Of a stretch of DNA of 32,000 nt, positions 8,608-18,070 are shown one piece after another. Source of the stretch: Synechocystis sp. PCC 6803 substr. PCC-P (GTDB taxonomy: Bacteria > Cyanobacteriota > Cyanobacteriia > Cyanobacteriales > Microcystaceae); contig NC_017039.1 in the NCBI RefSeq assembly GCF_000284455.1, forward strand, positions 900,001 to 932,000, in the 5' to 3' direction. The notes below the pieces were generated by a model. The model worked only from the letters and a program-made list of their open reading frames with translations. It ran no database searches and was not told the origin of the DNA. Numbering within the stretch: position 1 is the first letter of the stretch; each line of letters opens with the position of its first letter. The position numbers were made by a program, and so were the translations under genes.

Positions 8608-9216
8608 TCAGGGCAACGGTTTAGCCAAAGCCGAAGCCACCTCTGCCAAACAACGGGCATCCGACACCATCCAGGCATGGACCAGCACAGGCAAAATAAT
8701 TTCTTGTCCAATTTCTAAATGGGAACTACTGGGGGGCAGAATCATCAAGTCGAAGGGGGTCCAAATCACCGTCACCTGGAGTCCCGCTAATAACTGACAA
8801 CAATCTCGGTTTAAATCCCTCAAAAAGTCACTCTGCCAGGCCATTTCCCTCACTCCTTGGTGGGGCAAACTATAACCCAGGAGAGTACCTTGGTTGGGGG
8901 CTGAAATGGTGATGTAGCGCCTAACCCGTTCCCCCCCCCCCAGTCGTTGTAAATAATAACGGGTTACTAACCCTCCCATACTAAAACCAATTAAATCCAC
9001 TGGTTGCTGGGGCGCAAATTTTTGATCAATATATTGCTTCACTTGCTCCGCCAACAATGCTAGGGAAGTACTGCCATCGTTGGGCACTAGGTCTAAACAA
9101 TGAACTGACCAGCCGCCCTTGGTCAAAAAATCCACCATGGTGGCAAATTTAGCCCTGGTGTCGTAAATGCCATGGACTAACACAACAGGATGACGGTCCG
9201 GAAATTCTGCTACCAC
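8608..9216 (-). CDS. Alpha/beta hydrolase (lipase-like; Sll1969-like)
   Basis: VVLVHGIYDT (oxyanion hole HG) and GFSMGG nucleophile elbow. Confidence 0.88.
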   Translation of the reverse strand: MVAEFPDRHPVVLVHGIYDTRAKFATMVDFLTKGGWSVHCLDLVPNDGSTSLALLAEQVKQYIDQKFAPQQPVDLIGFSMGGLVTRYYLQRLGGGERVRRYITISAPNQGTLLGYSLPHQGVREMAWQSDFLRDLNRDCCQLLAGLQVTVIWTPFDLMILPPSSSHLEIGQEIILPVLVHAWMVSDARCLAEVASALAKPLP

Positions 9217-9222
9217 TAGGTT

Positions 9223-9891
9223 CTACAAACTCAGCAAACGGTAACTTTCGCTGAAAAAGCGTTTGACTACATTTTGACTATCTACCTGGGGCCGGCGCTT
9301 AATTTTCTTGCTGAGGCGGAGACGGGTGCCATCTTCATTCCAATGAACTTGGTCAAAAACTTGCATGAGAATACCCAAACCTCGACCATTTTCCGACTCA
9401 TCCGGGGGAAACCAGGGACTAACACAATTGGGGCAATCAAGTACCACCTGGGGACAAGGACAGGGACGGTCAAACCCCATACCCTGATCGGTGATGATCC
9501 AACAATAACCCTGGGGCGACTGGCGGTATTCCACTGTGATGCATTTCCCTGGATTGAGAGCATTGCCATGGGTAGCTGCATTGACTAAGGCTTCCTGTAA
9601 ACCCAACCTGACCTCGTTGTGCAGAGGTTTGGGGACAGAGTTGAGTAATAGATCAAGGATGGGATAAAGGTAAAGGGTCGAAGAAAAACTGACTTTTTGC
9701 CAATGGGATTGCCTGTGGGGAAAATTAATGTTTAGCAAGCGCTCCACCTCACACCGGACTAGTAGCAATCTAACAGTACTGATGGCAACCATTATACTCG
9801 ATCGCCTGGGAGGCCTGAATGTGCTGGCCGCTACCATAACCCTGAGGAATCCTTTGCTTAACCATTGACCGCTTTGAGAATTACTGCACAC
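9223..9891 (-). CDS. pmgA: PmgA, photomixotrophic growth-related anti-sigma-factor-like HATPase protein
   Basis: HATPase_c_2 features: EALVNAATHGNALNPGKCITVEY, WIITDQGMGFD, ENGRGLGILMQVFDQV. Order hydrolase-pmgA-methyltransferase matches Sll1969-Sll1968-Sll1967. The 5' end of the ORF overlaps the upstream gene, so a downstream start is likely. Confidence 0.82.
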   Translation of the reverse strand: MCSNSQSGQWLSKGFLRVMVAASTFRPPRRSSIMVAISTVRLLLVRCEVERLLNINFPHRQSHWQKVSFSSTLYLYPILDLLLNSVPKPLHNEVRLGLQEALVNAATHGNALNPGKCITVEYRQSPQGYCWIITDQGMGFDRPCPCPQVVLDCPNCVSPWFPPDESENGRGLGILMQVFDQVHWNEDGTRLRLSKKIKRRPQVDSQNVVKRFFSESYRLLSL

Positions 9892-11249
9892 TCCACATGG
9901 GCTGTTTGGGGAAAGAAATCACAACCCTGAACCCAGGTAATTCCATAGAAGCCCTCGGCACAGAGAAATTTCAAGTCCCTCGCTAGGGTGGGGGGCTGGC
10001 AACTAATGTAGGCAATTTTTTCGGGGCGCTGTCGGATAATTTCCCTGAGCACTTCTGGTGCACAACCCTTACGGGGAGGATCAAGGAGTAAAACATCGGG
10101 AATCTCTGACAGGGTGGGTAAAACGGTCTCTACGGTACCAGCCAAAAAATCCACATTGGCAATCTGATTGATCTCAGCGTTGCGCTGTCCCTGGTGCACC
10201 GAATCTTGGTTGACCTCAATGGCGATCGCCTGGCGGACTTGGCGGGCGAGGGGGAGGGTGAAAGTGCCCACCCCAGCATAGGCGTCCACCAACAATTCGG
10301 CGCCTTGCAAATTTAATGCTTGCTGAAGCCTGGTTAACAGTAGCTCTGCCGCCCCGCTGTTAACTTGGAAAAACGTATTAGCCCCCAGGCTAAAGCTCAG
10401 ATCAGCAAACTTTTCTCGACAAATACCCCGCCCTGCAATCACCACGGTCTCATCGCCAAAAATGCGATTGTTGGGTTCGGGCTGAATATTTAAACAAATG
10501 CCGCCCAAATCGGGATAGCGCTCCAACCATTCCCCAGCCTGTTCTTCCAAATCCGGTAAACCTTTATGGGCCGAAATCAGGGTCAGTAACATTTCCCCCG
10601 TACGTTGGCCAATGCGTAGGCTTAGGTGACGTAATTTGCCCTGCTTTTTCTCTTCGTCATAGATAGACCAACCCCGATTTTCAATATCTTTCTTCACCTC
10701 GGTCAGCAATAAATTTAGGCGATCATCCTGCACAGGGCATTGGTTAATATTTACCAAACGATGGCTACCCTTGCGGTAATAACCAGCTTGCACCTGGCCG
10801 GTTTTGGAGCGACTTAGGGGATAGGTGGCTTTGTTGCGATAACCCAAGCTAGCGGGGGACTGTAATAGAGGCTCCAGGGGCAAAGTGGTGAAACCACCAA
10901 TACGCTCCAGGGCGTCAATAATTTGTTGTTGCTTACTTTCTACCTGGAATTGATAATCCAGATGTTGCCATTGGCAACCGCCACATTTATCCGCCACAAT
11001 GCAGGACGGGCGGGTGCGCTGGACAGAAGGTTCTAAAATTTTGAGCAATTGGGCCAAGGCATAATTTCTTTTGACTTTTACCAAGCGGACTTCCAGGCGA
11101 TCGCCGGGGGCCGTGTCGGGCACAAACACTACTCGCTCATTAAAGCGGCCAATACCCTCCCCTTGGTGATTGAGGCCGGTAATGGTCAGTTCCACTACGG
11201 ACCCCTGTTGCCAAAGAGGGCTAGTGGCGAAATTATTACTTTGGGTCAT
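9858..11249 (-). CDS. 23S rRNA (uracil-5-)-methyltransferase, RlmD/RumA/TrmA family (Sll1967-like)
   Basis: TRAM domain at N-terminus; CGGCQWQHLDYQFQ Fe-S cysteines; FFQVNSGAAELL; DLLLLDPPRKG-like (DVLLLDPPRKGC); YISCQPPTLARDL. Confidence 0.94.
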   Translation of the reverse strand: MTQSNNFATSPLWQQGSVVELTITGLNHQGEGIGRFNERVVFVPDTAPGDRLEVRLVKVKRNYALAQLLKILEPSVQRTRPSCIVADKCGGCQWQHLDYQFQVESKQQQIIDALERIGGFTTLPLEPLLQSPASLGYRNKATYPLSRSKTGQVQAGYYRKGSHRLVNINQCPVQDDRLNLLLTEVKKDIENRGWSIYDEEKKQGKLRHLSLRIGQRTGEMLLTLISAHKGLPDLEEQAGEWLERYPDLGGICLNIQPEPNNRIFGDETVVIAGRGICREKFADLSFSLGANTFFQVNSGAAELLLTRLQQALNLQGAELLVDAYAGVGTFTLPLARQVRQAIAIEVNQDSVHQGQRNAEINQIANVDFLAGTVETVLPTLSEIPDVLLLDPPRKGCAPEVLREIIRQRPEKIAYISCQPPTLARDLKFLCAEGFYGITWVQGCDFFPQTAHVECAVILKAVNG

Positions 11250-11611
11250 CGAAAATTATTTACCAATACTCTATGGGGCCTTAATTACGACCATTGTATC
11301 TTGTCGTCGCTGGGCAGATTTTTAAAGTAAAAATTAAGAAATAATCCGAGGGAACATAATACAAATCAAAGTACCTTAAACCATTCCTTCGCTGGTGTGG
11401 TTGTCAAACTCGTCATCTTTGCTCCATCGTTAATGGTGATTTAACCAGCCAATTGCCCTATCTAATTCTGAACTCTACAACAAAAAACTGTACCCCACTT
11501 TCTTTACTTTATTCCTCTTCAATAGGCCCTTAGCCTGGGCCAAGGCTCTGCCAAAGAGTGGGAAACTGGAAAGGGGGATTTTAGCTACTACCGTTTTTGC
11601 TCTCGTTTTCC

Positions 11612-13138
11612 ATGACCACCGATTACCTCGAAAGAATTCTTAAAGCCCGGGTTTACGATGTGGCGATCGAAACTCCGTTGGATTTGGCGGCCAATTTATC
11701 GAAGCGGCTGGGTAACCGGGTTTACTTTAAGCGGGAAGACCTACAGCCGGTCTTTTCCTTTAAGTTACGGGGGGCCTATAACAAAATGGCCCAGTTATCA
11801 CCGGAATTATTGGCAAAAGGAGTAATTGCAGCTTCGGCGGGTAACCATGCCCAGGGAGTGGCCCTAGGAGCTTCCAAGTTGGGTACCAGGGCGATTATTG
11901 TTATGCCCGAAACCACTCCTCAGGTGAAAGTGGAGGCGGTCAAAGCTCGGGGCGGTGTGGTGGTGCTCTATGGCGAAACCTATGACGATGCCTATGGCCA
12001 TGCCCGACAGTTGGAGCAGGAAAAAGGGCTAACTTTTATCCATCCTTTTAATGATCCCGACGTGATTGCTGGCCAAGGCACCATTGGCATGGAAATTCTA
12101 CGTCAGTATCAACAGCCCATTGATGCCATTTTTGTGGCGATCGGTGGCGGTGGGCTGATTGCGGGGGTAGCGGCCTACGTTAAACGCCTCTATCCAGAAA
12201 TTAAAATTATCGGCGTGGAACCAACGGATGCCGATGCTATGCGCCAATCTTTGGCGGCGGGAAAACGGGTCAAGCTAAACCAAGTGGGACTGTTTGCGGA
12301 TGGTGTGGCGGTGCGGGAAGTGGGGGATTTAACTTTTCCCCTCTGTCAGCAATATGTGGATGATATTTTGCTGGTGGATACGGACGACACCTGTGCGGCC
12401 ATCAAAGATTGCTTTGAAGATACCCGCTCAATTTTGGAGCCGGCGGGAGCGTTGGCCATTGCGGGACTGAAACAATATGTCCAAAAGCAAGGCTGTCGAG
12501 ACCAAACCCTAGTGGCGATCGCCTGTGGGGCGAATATGAACTTTGACCGATTGAGATTTGTGGCGGAACGGGCCGAGTATGGGGAACAGCGAGAGGCCAT
12601 TTTTGCAGTGACCATTCCCGAACAAAGGGGCAGTTTAAGAAAATTTTGTGAAGGGTTAGGGAAACATAACATTACCGAATTTAGTTACCGCATTGCGGAG
12701 GGGCCCGATGCTCATATTTTTGTCGGCATTCAGGTGCAAAACCGCAGTGATGCGTCCCAACTGGCCGCCAGCTTTAACCGCCAAGGTTTTAAAACCCTCG
12801 ATTTAACCGATGACGAACTGACGAAGCTCCATTTGCGCCATATGGTGGGGGGCCGTCCCCCCCAGGTGACCCAATTGGAAAATCAACGGGAATTACTCTA
12901 CCGATTTGAATTTCCTGAGCGGCCAGGGGCATTGATGAAATTTTTGGGCTGTATGGATCCAGCCTGGAATATTAGTTTGTTCCATTACCGTAACCACGGG
13001 GCCGACTACGGCAGAATTGTCGTCGGCATGCAGGTTCCCTTGGCAGAAATGGAACAGTGGCAACAGTTTTTAGCCAATTTAGGCTATCGCTATTGGGACG
13101 AGAGTGATAATCCGGTTTATCGTCTCTTTCTTCGCTAA
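11612..13138 (+). CDS. ilvA: Biosynthetic threonine ammonia-lyase with C-terminal regulatory (ACT-like) domains
   Basis: YFKREDLQPVFSFKLRGAYNKM (PLP lysine), SAGNHAQGVAL, IGGGGLIAG, regulatory RFEFPERPGALMKFL. The track ORF starts at 11597; the canonical MTTDYLERILKARVYDVA start is at 11612. Confidence 0.96.
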   Translation: MTTDYLERILKARVYDVAIETPLDLAANLSKRLGNRVYFKREDLQPVFSFKLRGAYNKMAQLSPELLAKGVIAASAGNHAQGVALGASKLGTRAIIVMPETTPQVKVEAVKARGGVVVLYGETYDDAYGHARQLEQEKGLTFIHPFNDPDVIAGQGTIGMEILRQYQQPIDAIFVAIGGGGLIAGVAAYVKRLYPEIKIIGVEPTDADAMRQSLAAGKRVKLNQVGLFADGVAVREVGDLTFPLCQQYVDDILLVDTDDTCAAIKDCFEDTRSILEPAGALAIAGLKQYVQKQGCRDQTLVAIACGANMNFDRLRFVAERAEYGEQREAIFAVTIPEQRGSLRKFCEGLGKHNITEFSYRIAEGPDAHIFVGIQVQNRSDASQLAASFNRQGFKTLDLTDDELTKLHLRHMVGGRPPQVTQLENQRELLYRFEFPERPGALMKFLGCMDPAWNISLFHYRNHGADYGRIVVGMQVPLAEMEQWQQFLANLGYRYWDESDNPVYRLFLR

Positions 13139-13550
13139 TTTTTTGCCCCATTCGTGCTAGTAATGGGAGGTATCTTTGTTAGTTACCCTAATTTCTGGCC
13201 CTGGTTACGGCTCCGGCCTGTGCTTGGGAAACAGTGAGAAATTATCGGTAAAATGTCGGCGAAAGCCTACAAAAGTTAGGAACATTTTGGTAAATTGTCA
13301 CGACAGGGATAGGAAAATGAAACTCGGTCATTATTGACCGAAAAAGAAAGGGCCTGACCTTAGTAGCTCCTCGCCACTGAGTTGCCGCTCCTTTCCTCCC
13401 TGAACCGATGAACCTGCCAATCTAGCAAGAATATTTGCAGTTGATGCCGTTTACCGTGGTCTGGGTTCGCAATCACCCCGGCTTTGGTAGCAACACTAGT
13501 TCATCCCATTGACCCCTTTCACTTTACCCAGGAAATACGGACGGTAAACT

Positions 13551-14111
13551 ATGATTTTGACCAAGTTAAAAGACTTCGTCGGCATCAGTGAACACGATGA
13601 GTACGAAGAGGATTACGACGAAGAAATGGAGTTTCCCCAGTCAGTGGCCTCCCAGCCGCCGGCCGAAGAAGTTGCCCCTCCCCCTCGCATTAGCCGCGAA
13701 CCCTTAAGCTTAAATAATGAAACCTCTATTGGTACAGGAGTAAGAAATAACGTGATTGGTATGCCCGGCATCAACAACAGTGTGGCAGAGGTGGTCGTCG
13801 TCGAACCCCATTCCTTCGATGAAATGCCCCAGGTGATTCAAACCCTACGGGAACGGAAGTCGGTGGTGTTAAACCTGAATGTGATGGACCCCGAAGAAGC
13901 CCAGCGAGCCGTGGATTTTGTGGCCGGTGGTACTTTCGCCATGGATGGCCACCAAGAACGCATTGGTGAGAGTATTTTTCTGTTTACCCCCAACTGCGTC
14001 AAAGTCAGTTCTTTGGCAGGTCGTAGTCAGGAAAGCAATGAAACTTCCTCCTCCGTTTCCTCCGATAATTTTCCCACTTGGGGCTATGAAACCAGCCGTT
14101 TAGCTCAATAG
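13551..14111 (+). CDS. sepF: Cell division protein SepF (Ycf50/Cdv2-like)
   Basis: [22 protein letters not shown]...; [64 protein letters not shown]. Confidence 0.95.
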   Translation: MILTKLKDFVGISEHDEYEEDYDEEMEFPQSVASQPPAEEVAPPPRISREPLSLNNETSIGTGVRNNVIGMPGINNSVAEVVVVEPHSFDEMPQVIQTLRERKSVVLNLNVMDPEEAQRAVDFVAGGTFAMDGHQERIGESIFLFTPNCVKVSSLAGRSQESNETSSSVSSDNFPTWGYETSRLAQ

Positions 14112-14181
14112 TTGCTGGGTCAAGATTTAGGCACTGTTGCTAATTGTGATTTCGACAGCTATGCCAAATATTTGAATGCTT

Positions 14182-14214
14182 AAAAGCTCTGACGTTGGCG
14201 ATCAGGGCTTTTTT
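14182..14214 (+). terminator. Rho-independent terminator downstream of sepF
   Basis: AAAAGC-t-CTGA-cgttggcga-TCAG-g-GCTTTT followed by more T: a 10-bp stem with a single 1x1 mismatch and a U-tract. Confidence 0.7.
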
Positions 14215-14219
14215 CTTAA

Positions 14220-14696
14220 TTGCTTAATTCCCGGCAAATTCCCCAGCAGTTTAAAATTGGGGCAAGTCCTTGGTCTTTTTCAACGTTTGGCTTAACGTTA
14301 TCCGCCATGCATGATTCCCCTGAAGCTTCTAGTCCGGCCCCCACTCCCCATCCTGAAACCACCCGCACTCCTCCCTGGGGCATGGTCACCATGTTGGAAG
14401 AAGGCCCCCGTTATCGGATTAATCGCATTGTGGTCAAACCGGGACAACATATGAGCACCCAAATGCATTACCACCGCAGTGAACATTGGGTAGTGGTGTC
14501 GGGTACGGCCAAGGTGATCTGTAACGGTGAGGAAAAATTGTTAAATCAGAAAGAATCTACCTATGTGCCGATGAACACTCCCCATCGGGTAGAAAATCCT
14601 GGGGTAATTGACTTGGTGATGATTGAGGTGCAAAACGGTGAATATTTGGGGGATGACGACATTGTCCGTTTCCCCGAGGAGCTTCCAAAGTCCTAA
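14220..14696 (+). CDS. Cupin-domain protein (mannose-6-phosphate isomerase type II / GMP C-terminal-like)
   Basis: RYRINRIVVKPGQHMSTQMHYHRSEHWVVVSGTAKV...STYVPMNTPHRVENPGVIDLVMIEVQNGEYLGDDDIVRFPE. Likely true start is the internal MHDSPEASS near 14307. Confidence 0.9.
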   Translation: MLNSRQIPQQFKIGASPWSFSTFGLTLSAMHDSPEASSPAPTPHPETTRTPPWGMVTMLEEGPRYRINRIVVKPGQHMSTQMHYHRSEHWVVVSGTAKVICNGEEKLLNQKESTYVPMNTPHRVENPGVIDLVMIEVQNGEYLGDDDIVRFPEELPKS

Positions 14697-14796
14697 GTAA
14701 AATATTTTTTGATCAGGGGATGGTTAACTCCGAAACCCTTATGGACCATCCTTTCCCAAAACCATGGGAGGGCCAGATAGGATGATCTTGTCCCCA

Positions 14797-15051
14797 TCAT
14801 CTCATTTCTGACAATTCTTCTCGCAGAATACGTCGTAAATCAGTTTCAGTTATTGATTGTTCGGCGGGAGATTGGATACATTGTCTTAGCACCTGATTAA
14901 TCAAGGTTTGATAGCCCATGCCCCTTGCCTCAGCCTCTGTTCGAAAATGGTCCAAAACATCATCATCGAGATAAATCGTAATGCGGGTTTTTCCCTTGGA
15001 TGGAATGATGGCGCCTCGTTTTCCTTTGGAAAAATCATATTCCCGTCTCAT
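14797..15051 (-). CDS. brnA: BrnA-family antitoxin
   Basis: MRREYDFSKGKRGAIIPSKGKTRITIYLDDDVLDHFRTEAEARGMGYQTLINQVLRQCI is a BrnA-type ribbon-helix-helix protein. The track gives 15078 as start; the MRREYDFS start is at 15051. It overlaps the 3' end of brnT. Confidence 0.9.
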   Translation of the reverse strand: MRREYDFSKGKRGAIIPSKGKTRITIYLDDDVLDHFRTEAEARGMGYQTLINQVLRQCIQSPAEQSITETDLRRILREELSEMR

Positions 15052-15307
15052 AGATTTTTGTCTCCTGTTTCGTGGCACGTCGGGCTGAAATTAAGCGAAT
15101 AATTTCTCCTCGCAACGTATAAACAACAACCAAGATAGAGCCCGTGTTTCCCATCCCTAATGCGATAAAACGTTCTTCTGTAGTGGAATCAGGATCAAGC
15201 TCGTGAATGGTGAGAGGATCAAAAAAGACCATTTCAGCTTCTGCAAAGGAAATGCCATGCTTTTGCCGATTACTTTTGGCCTTTTGCGGATCATACTCAA
15301 ACTGCAT
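15035..15307 (-). CDS. brnT: BrnT-family ribonuclease toxin
   Basis: MQFEYDPQKAKSNRQKHGISFAEAEMVFFDPLTIHELDPDSTTEERFIALGMGNTGSILVVVYTLRGEIIRLISARRATKQE has the BrnT hallmarks F.YDP.K...N..KHG..F..A and R.ISAR.A...E. The track start at 15445 is probably spurious. Confidence 0.92.
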   Translation of the reverse strand: MQFEYDPQKAKSNRQKHGISFAEAEMVFFDPLTIHELDPDSTTEERFIALGMGNTGSILVVVYTLRGEIIRLISARRATKQETKIYETGI

Positions 15308-15313
15308 ACATAC

Positions 15314-15342
15314 ATAATATGCATTACAAAGTGTTCGGTCAA
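15314..15342 (-). promoter_or_regulatory. Predicted sigma70-type promoter of brnTA
   Basis: Minus strand TTGACC (15342-15337), 17-nt spacer (15336-15320), TATTAT (15319-15314). Confidence 0.7.
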
Positions 15343-15399
15343 TAAAGGAGTAGTCCTGCACAGAAGCGGCGATCGCCTCCGGGCAACTTTGCAGTGAAG

Positions 15400-15405
15400 G
15401 ATCTA
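15400..15405 (+). promoter_or_regulatory. Candidate N-box GATCTA upstream of groESL
   Basis: Exact hexamer match to the N-box reported for cyanobacterial groESL. It is short, so chance occurrence is possible. Confidence 0.4.
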
Positions 15406-15429
15406 GTCGGCTCCCGATTTTTGCCCTGA

Positions 15430-15445
15430 GTTCGGGAAACCACAC
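15430..15445 (+). promoter_or_regulatory. K-box upstream of groESL
   Basis: GTTCGG-GAAA-CCACAC is an exact match to the recalled cyanobacterial K-box consensus GTTCGG-NNAN-CCNNAC. Confidence 0.75.
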
Positions 15446-15484
15446 TCACCGGGGTGTTGCACTGGGTCAAGCAATTTAGCTAAA

Positions 15485-15511
15485 TTAGCACTCGTGAGGT
15501 GGGAGTGCTAA
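15485..15511 (+). promoter_or_regulatory. CIRCE operator (HrcA binding site)
   Basis: TTAGCACTC-gtgaggtgg-GAGTGCTAA: perfect 9-bp inverted repeat with a 9-nt spacer. Confidence 0.97.
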
Positions 15512-15567
15512 ACCCTCTCCCAAATTACTACTGACCTTGCAAGACTATCATCTGGAGGATGACTTCT

Positions 15568-15879
15568 ATGGCCGCTATTTCCATTAATGTTTCTACTGTG
15601 AAACCCCTTGGCGATCGGGTGTTTGTGAAAGTAAGCCCCGCTGAAGAAAAAACCGCTGGGGGGATTTTGTTGCCTGATAACGCCAAAGAAAAACCCCAAA
15701 TTGGTGAAGTTGTCCAAGTGGGCCCCGGCAAACGCAACGACGACGGTACCTACTCCCCTGTGGAAGTCAAAGTGGGCGATAAGGTTCTCTATTCCAAGTA
15801 TGCCGGCACCGATATCAAACTTGGTGGCGACGACTATGTTCTGTTAACTGAAAAAGATATTTTGGCCTCCGTTGCCTAG
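15568..15879 (+). CDS. groES: Co-chaperonin GroES
   Basis: [49 protein letters not shown]...[31 protein letters not shown]; start after GGAG. The track start at 15559 is three codons upstream. Confidence 0.98.
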   Translation: MAAISINVSTVKPLGDRVFVKVSPAEEKTAGGILLPDNAKEKPQIGEVVQVGPGKRNDDGTYSPVEVKVGDKVLYSKYAGTDIKLGGDDYVLLTEKDILASVA

Positions 15880-15975
15880 GTCGATTAATTTTTACCGATC
15901 CTGACCTGTGTTAAAACTTGCAGGATTTTTACCCATTCATCTATTGCATTAATTTGCCCACGAGGTTTTACTTTT

Positions 15976-17601
15976 ATGGCTAAATCCATCATTTACAATG
16001 ACGAAGCTCGCCGTGCCCTAGAGCGGGGCATGGACATTCTGGCGGAAGCCGTTGCCGTTACCCTCGGCCCTAAAGGTCGTAACGTGGTGCTCGAGAAGAA
16101 ATTTGGCTCTCCCCAAATTATTAACGACGGGATCACGATTGCCAAAGAGATTGAACTGGAAGACCATGTAGAAAATACTGGGGTTTCCTTAATTCGCCAA
16201 GCGGCTTCTAAAACCAATGATGTGGCTGGGGATGGTACCACCACCGCTACGGTTTTGGCCCACGCCATTGTTAAAGAAGGTTTACGCAACGTGGCCGCTG
16301 GTGCCAACCCCATTTCCCTCAAGCGGGGTATTGATAAGGCCACTGATTTCCTCGTTGCTCGGATTAAAGAGCATGCCCAACCCGTGGGAGATTCCAAGGC
16401 GATCGCCCAGGTGGGAGCCATTTCCGCCGGTAACGACGAAGAAGTTGGCCAAATGATTGCCAATGCCATGGATAAAGTCGGCCAAGAAGGGGTTATTTCC
16501 CTCGAAGAAGGCAAATCCATGACCACCGAGTTGGAAATCACCGAAGGGATGCGCTTCGATAAGGGTTATATCTCCCCTTACTTCGTCACCGATGCGGAAC
16601 GGATGGAAGCTGTCCTGGAAGATCCCCGCATTTTGATCACTGACAAAAAAATCAACTTGGTGCAAGACCTGGTGCCCATCCTTGAACAAGTGGCCCGTCA
16701 AGGTAAGCCCCTGTTGATCATTGCCGAAGATATTGAAAAAGAAGCTTTGGCTACCCTCGTAGTTAACCGTCTCCGGGGTGTGTTGAATGTGGCCGCTGTG
16801 AAAGCCCCCGGCTTTGGCGATCGCCGTAAACAAATGTTAGAAGACATTGCCACCCTCACCGGCGGTCAAGTAATCAGCGAAGATGCTGGTCTGAAACTGG
16901 AAAGCGCCACTGTGGATAGCCTCGGTTCTGCCCGTCGCATCAACATCACCAAAGACAACACCACCATTGTGGCCGAAGGCAACGAAGCCGCCGTTAAGTC
17001 CCGCTGTGAGCAAATCCGTCGCCAGATCGAAGAAACCGATTCTAGCTACGACAAAGAAAAACTCCAAGAGCGCTTGGCTAAATTGGCCGGTGGTGTAGCG
17101 GTAATCAAAGTCGGTGCTGCTACCGAAACCGAAATGAAAGACCGTAAACTCCGCCTGGAAGATGCCATCAATGCCACCAAAGCCGCTGTGGAAGAAGGTA
17201 TTGTTCCCGGTGGTGGTACCACCCTGGCCCACTTGGCTCCCCAATTGGAAGACTGGGCCACTGGCAACCTCAAAGATGAAGAGTTAACCGGTGCCCTGAT
17301 TGTAGCCCGGGCTCTGCCTGCTCCCCTCAAACGGATTGCCGAAAACGCCGGTCAAAACGGTGCGGTTATCTCCGAGCGAGTCAAAGAGAAGGAGTTCAAC
17401 GTTGGTTACAATGCCGCTAGCCTGGAATATGTAGATATGCTGGCCGCTGGCATTGTTGACCCTGCCAAAGTGACCCGTTCCGCTCTGCAAAATGCCGCTT
17501 CCATCGCTGGCATGGTATTGACCACCGAATGCATTGTTGTGGACAAACCTGAAAAAGAAAAAGCCCCCGCTGGTGCCCCCGGTGGTGACTTCGACTACTA
17601 A
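15976..17601 (+). CDS. groEL: Chaperonin GroEL (GroEL1-type)
   Basis: [62 protein letters not shown]; [13 protein letters not shown]; [11 protein letters not shown]; C-terminus GGDFDY. Directly downstream of groES. Confidence 0.98.
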   Translation: MAKSIIYNDEARRALERGMDILAEAVAVTLGPKGRNVVLEKKFGSPQIINDGITIAKEIELEDHVENTGVSLIRQAASKTNDVAGDGTTTATVLAHAIVKEGLRNVAAGANPISLKRGIDKATDFLVARIKEHAQPVGDSKAIAQVGAISAGNDEEVGQMIANAMDKVGQEGVISLEEGKSMTTELEITEGMRFDKGYISPYFVTDAERMEAVLEDPRILITDKKINLVQDLVPILEQVARQGKPLLIIAEDIEKEALATLVVNRLRGVLNVAAVKAPGFGDRRKQMLEDIATLTGGQVISEDAGLKLESATVDSLGSARRINITKDNTTIVAEGNEAAVKSRCEQIRRQIEETDSSYDKEKLQERLAKLAGGVAVIKVGAATETEMKDRKLRLEDAINATKAAVEEGIVPGGGTTLAHLAPQLEDWATGNLKDEELTGALIVARALPAPLKRIAENAGQNGAVISERVKEKEFNVGYNAASLEYVDMLAAGIVDPAKVTRSALQNAASIAGMVLTTECIVVDKPEKEKAPAGAPGGDFDY

Positions 17602-17639
17602 GGTTTAGTGACCGACTAACACTTTTCTCATAAAATCCC

Positions 17640-17665
17640 AGGGAGGTTTCGGCCTCCCTTTTTTT
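17640..17665 (+). terminator. Rho-independent terminator of groESL
   Basis: AGGGAGG-TTTCGG-CCTCCCT followed by a T-tract (TTTTTT). Confidence 0.88.
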
Positions 17666-18070
17666 CACTTGCTAAGCTCTCTTTCGTTTGATCAAATCGT
17701 CGGCAGTTTAGGCCTAGGAGAGACAAAATTCAGGCTTAGGATCCCCTCAAAAAATTTAGCTGCCCTAACTGAAAAAGTAACATTGCCACTACAAGTCCCT
17801 GGTTTTGGCTCCGGTCATGGGGGAGGCAAATAGAACTTTTGTTTACCTAATTTATCAGAAGTAAAGCCTAGGGAAACGAGATTATTCCCGGGCCCAGTCA
17901 AAATAAAAAATTGGCTAAAATCCCTATTAGAGCGACTAGGTTTTGCAATTCCCGTTGTGAGAGTTGTTAGAATAGTTCCGCCTCAAGCAATCAGAGCAGA
18001 ACTTTTTCCCTTTGGCTAAATTTTTCCCAATTCCACTGCATTTGCCAAAGACAAGAGCAGTTCCCCGTTA

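Noticed and set aside
15157-15342. Track ORF labelled + (MTEHFVMHIMYVCSL...)
   Set aside because: The peptide is encoded on the minus strand (TTG at 15342, TAG at 15159-15157). It is an out-of-frame reading of brnT and its promoter.
15308-15445. N-terminal extension of the brnT ORF
   Set aside because: The family-typical start is MQFEYDP at 15307. The extension covers a promoter and the N-box/K-box elements.
16282-17244. Antisense ORFs across groEL (for example 183 aa and 135 aa)
   Set aside because: These are long antisense frames in a highly biased, highly expressed gene. They have no recognisable domains and are a known artefact of codon bias.
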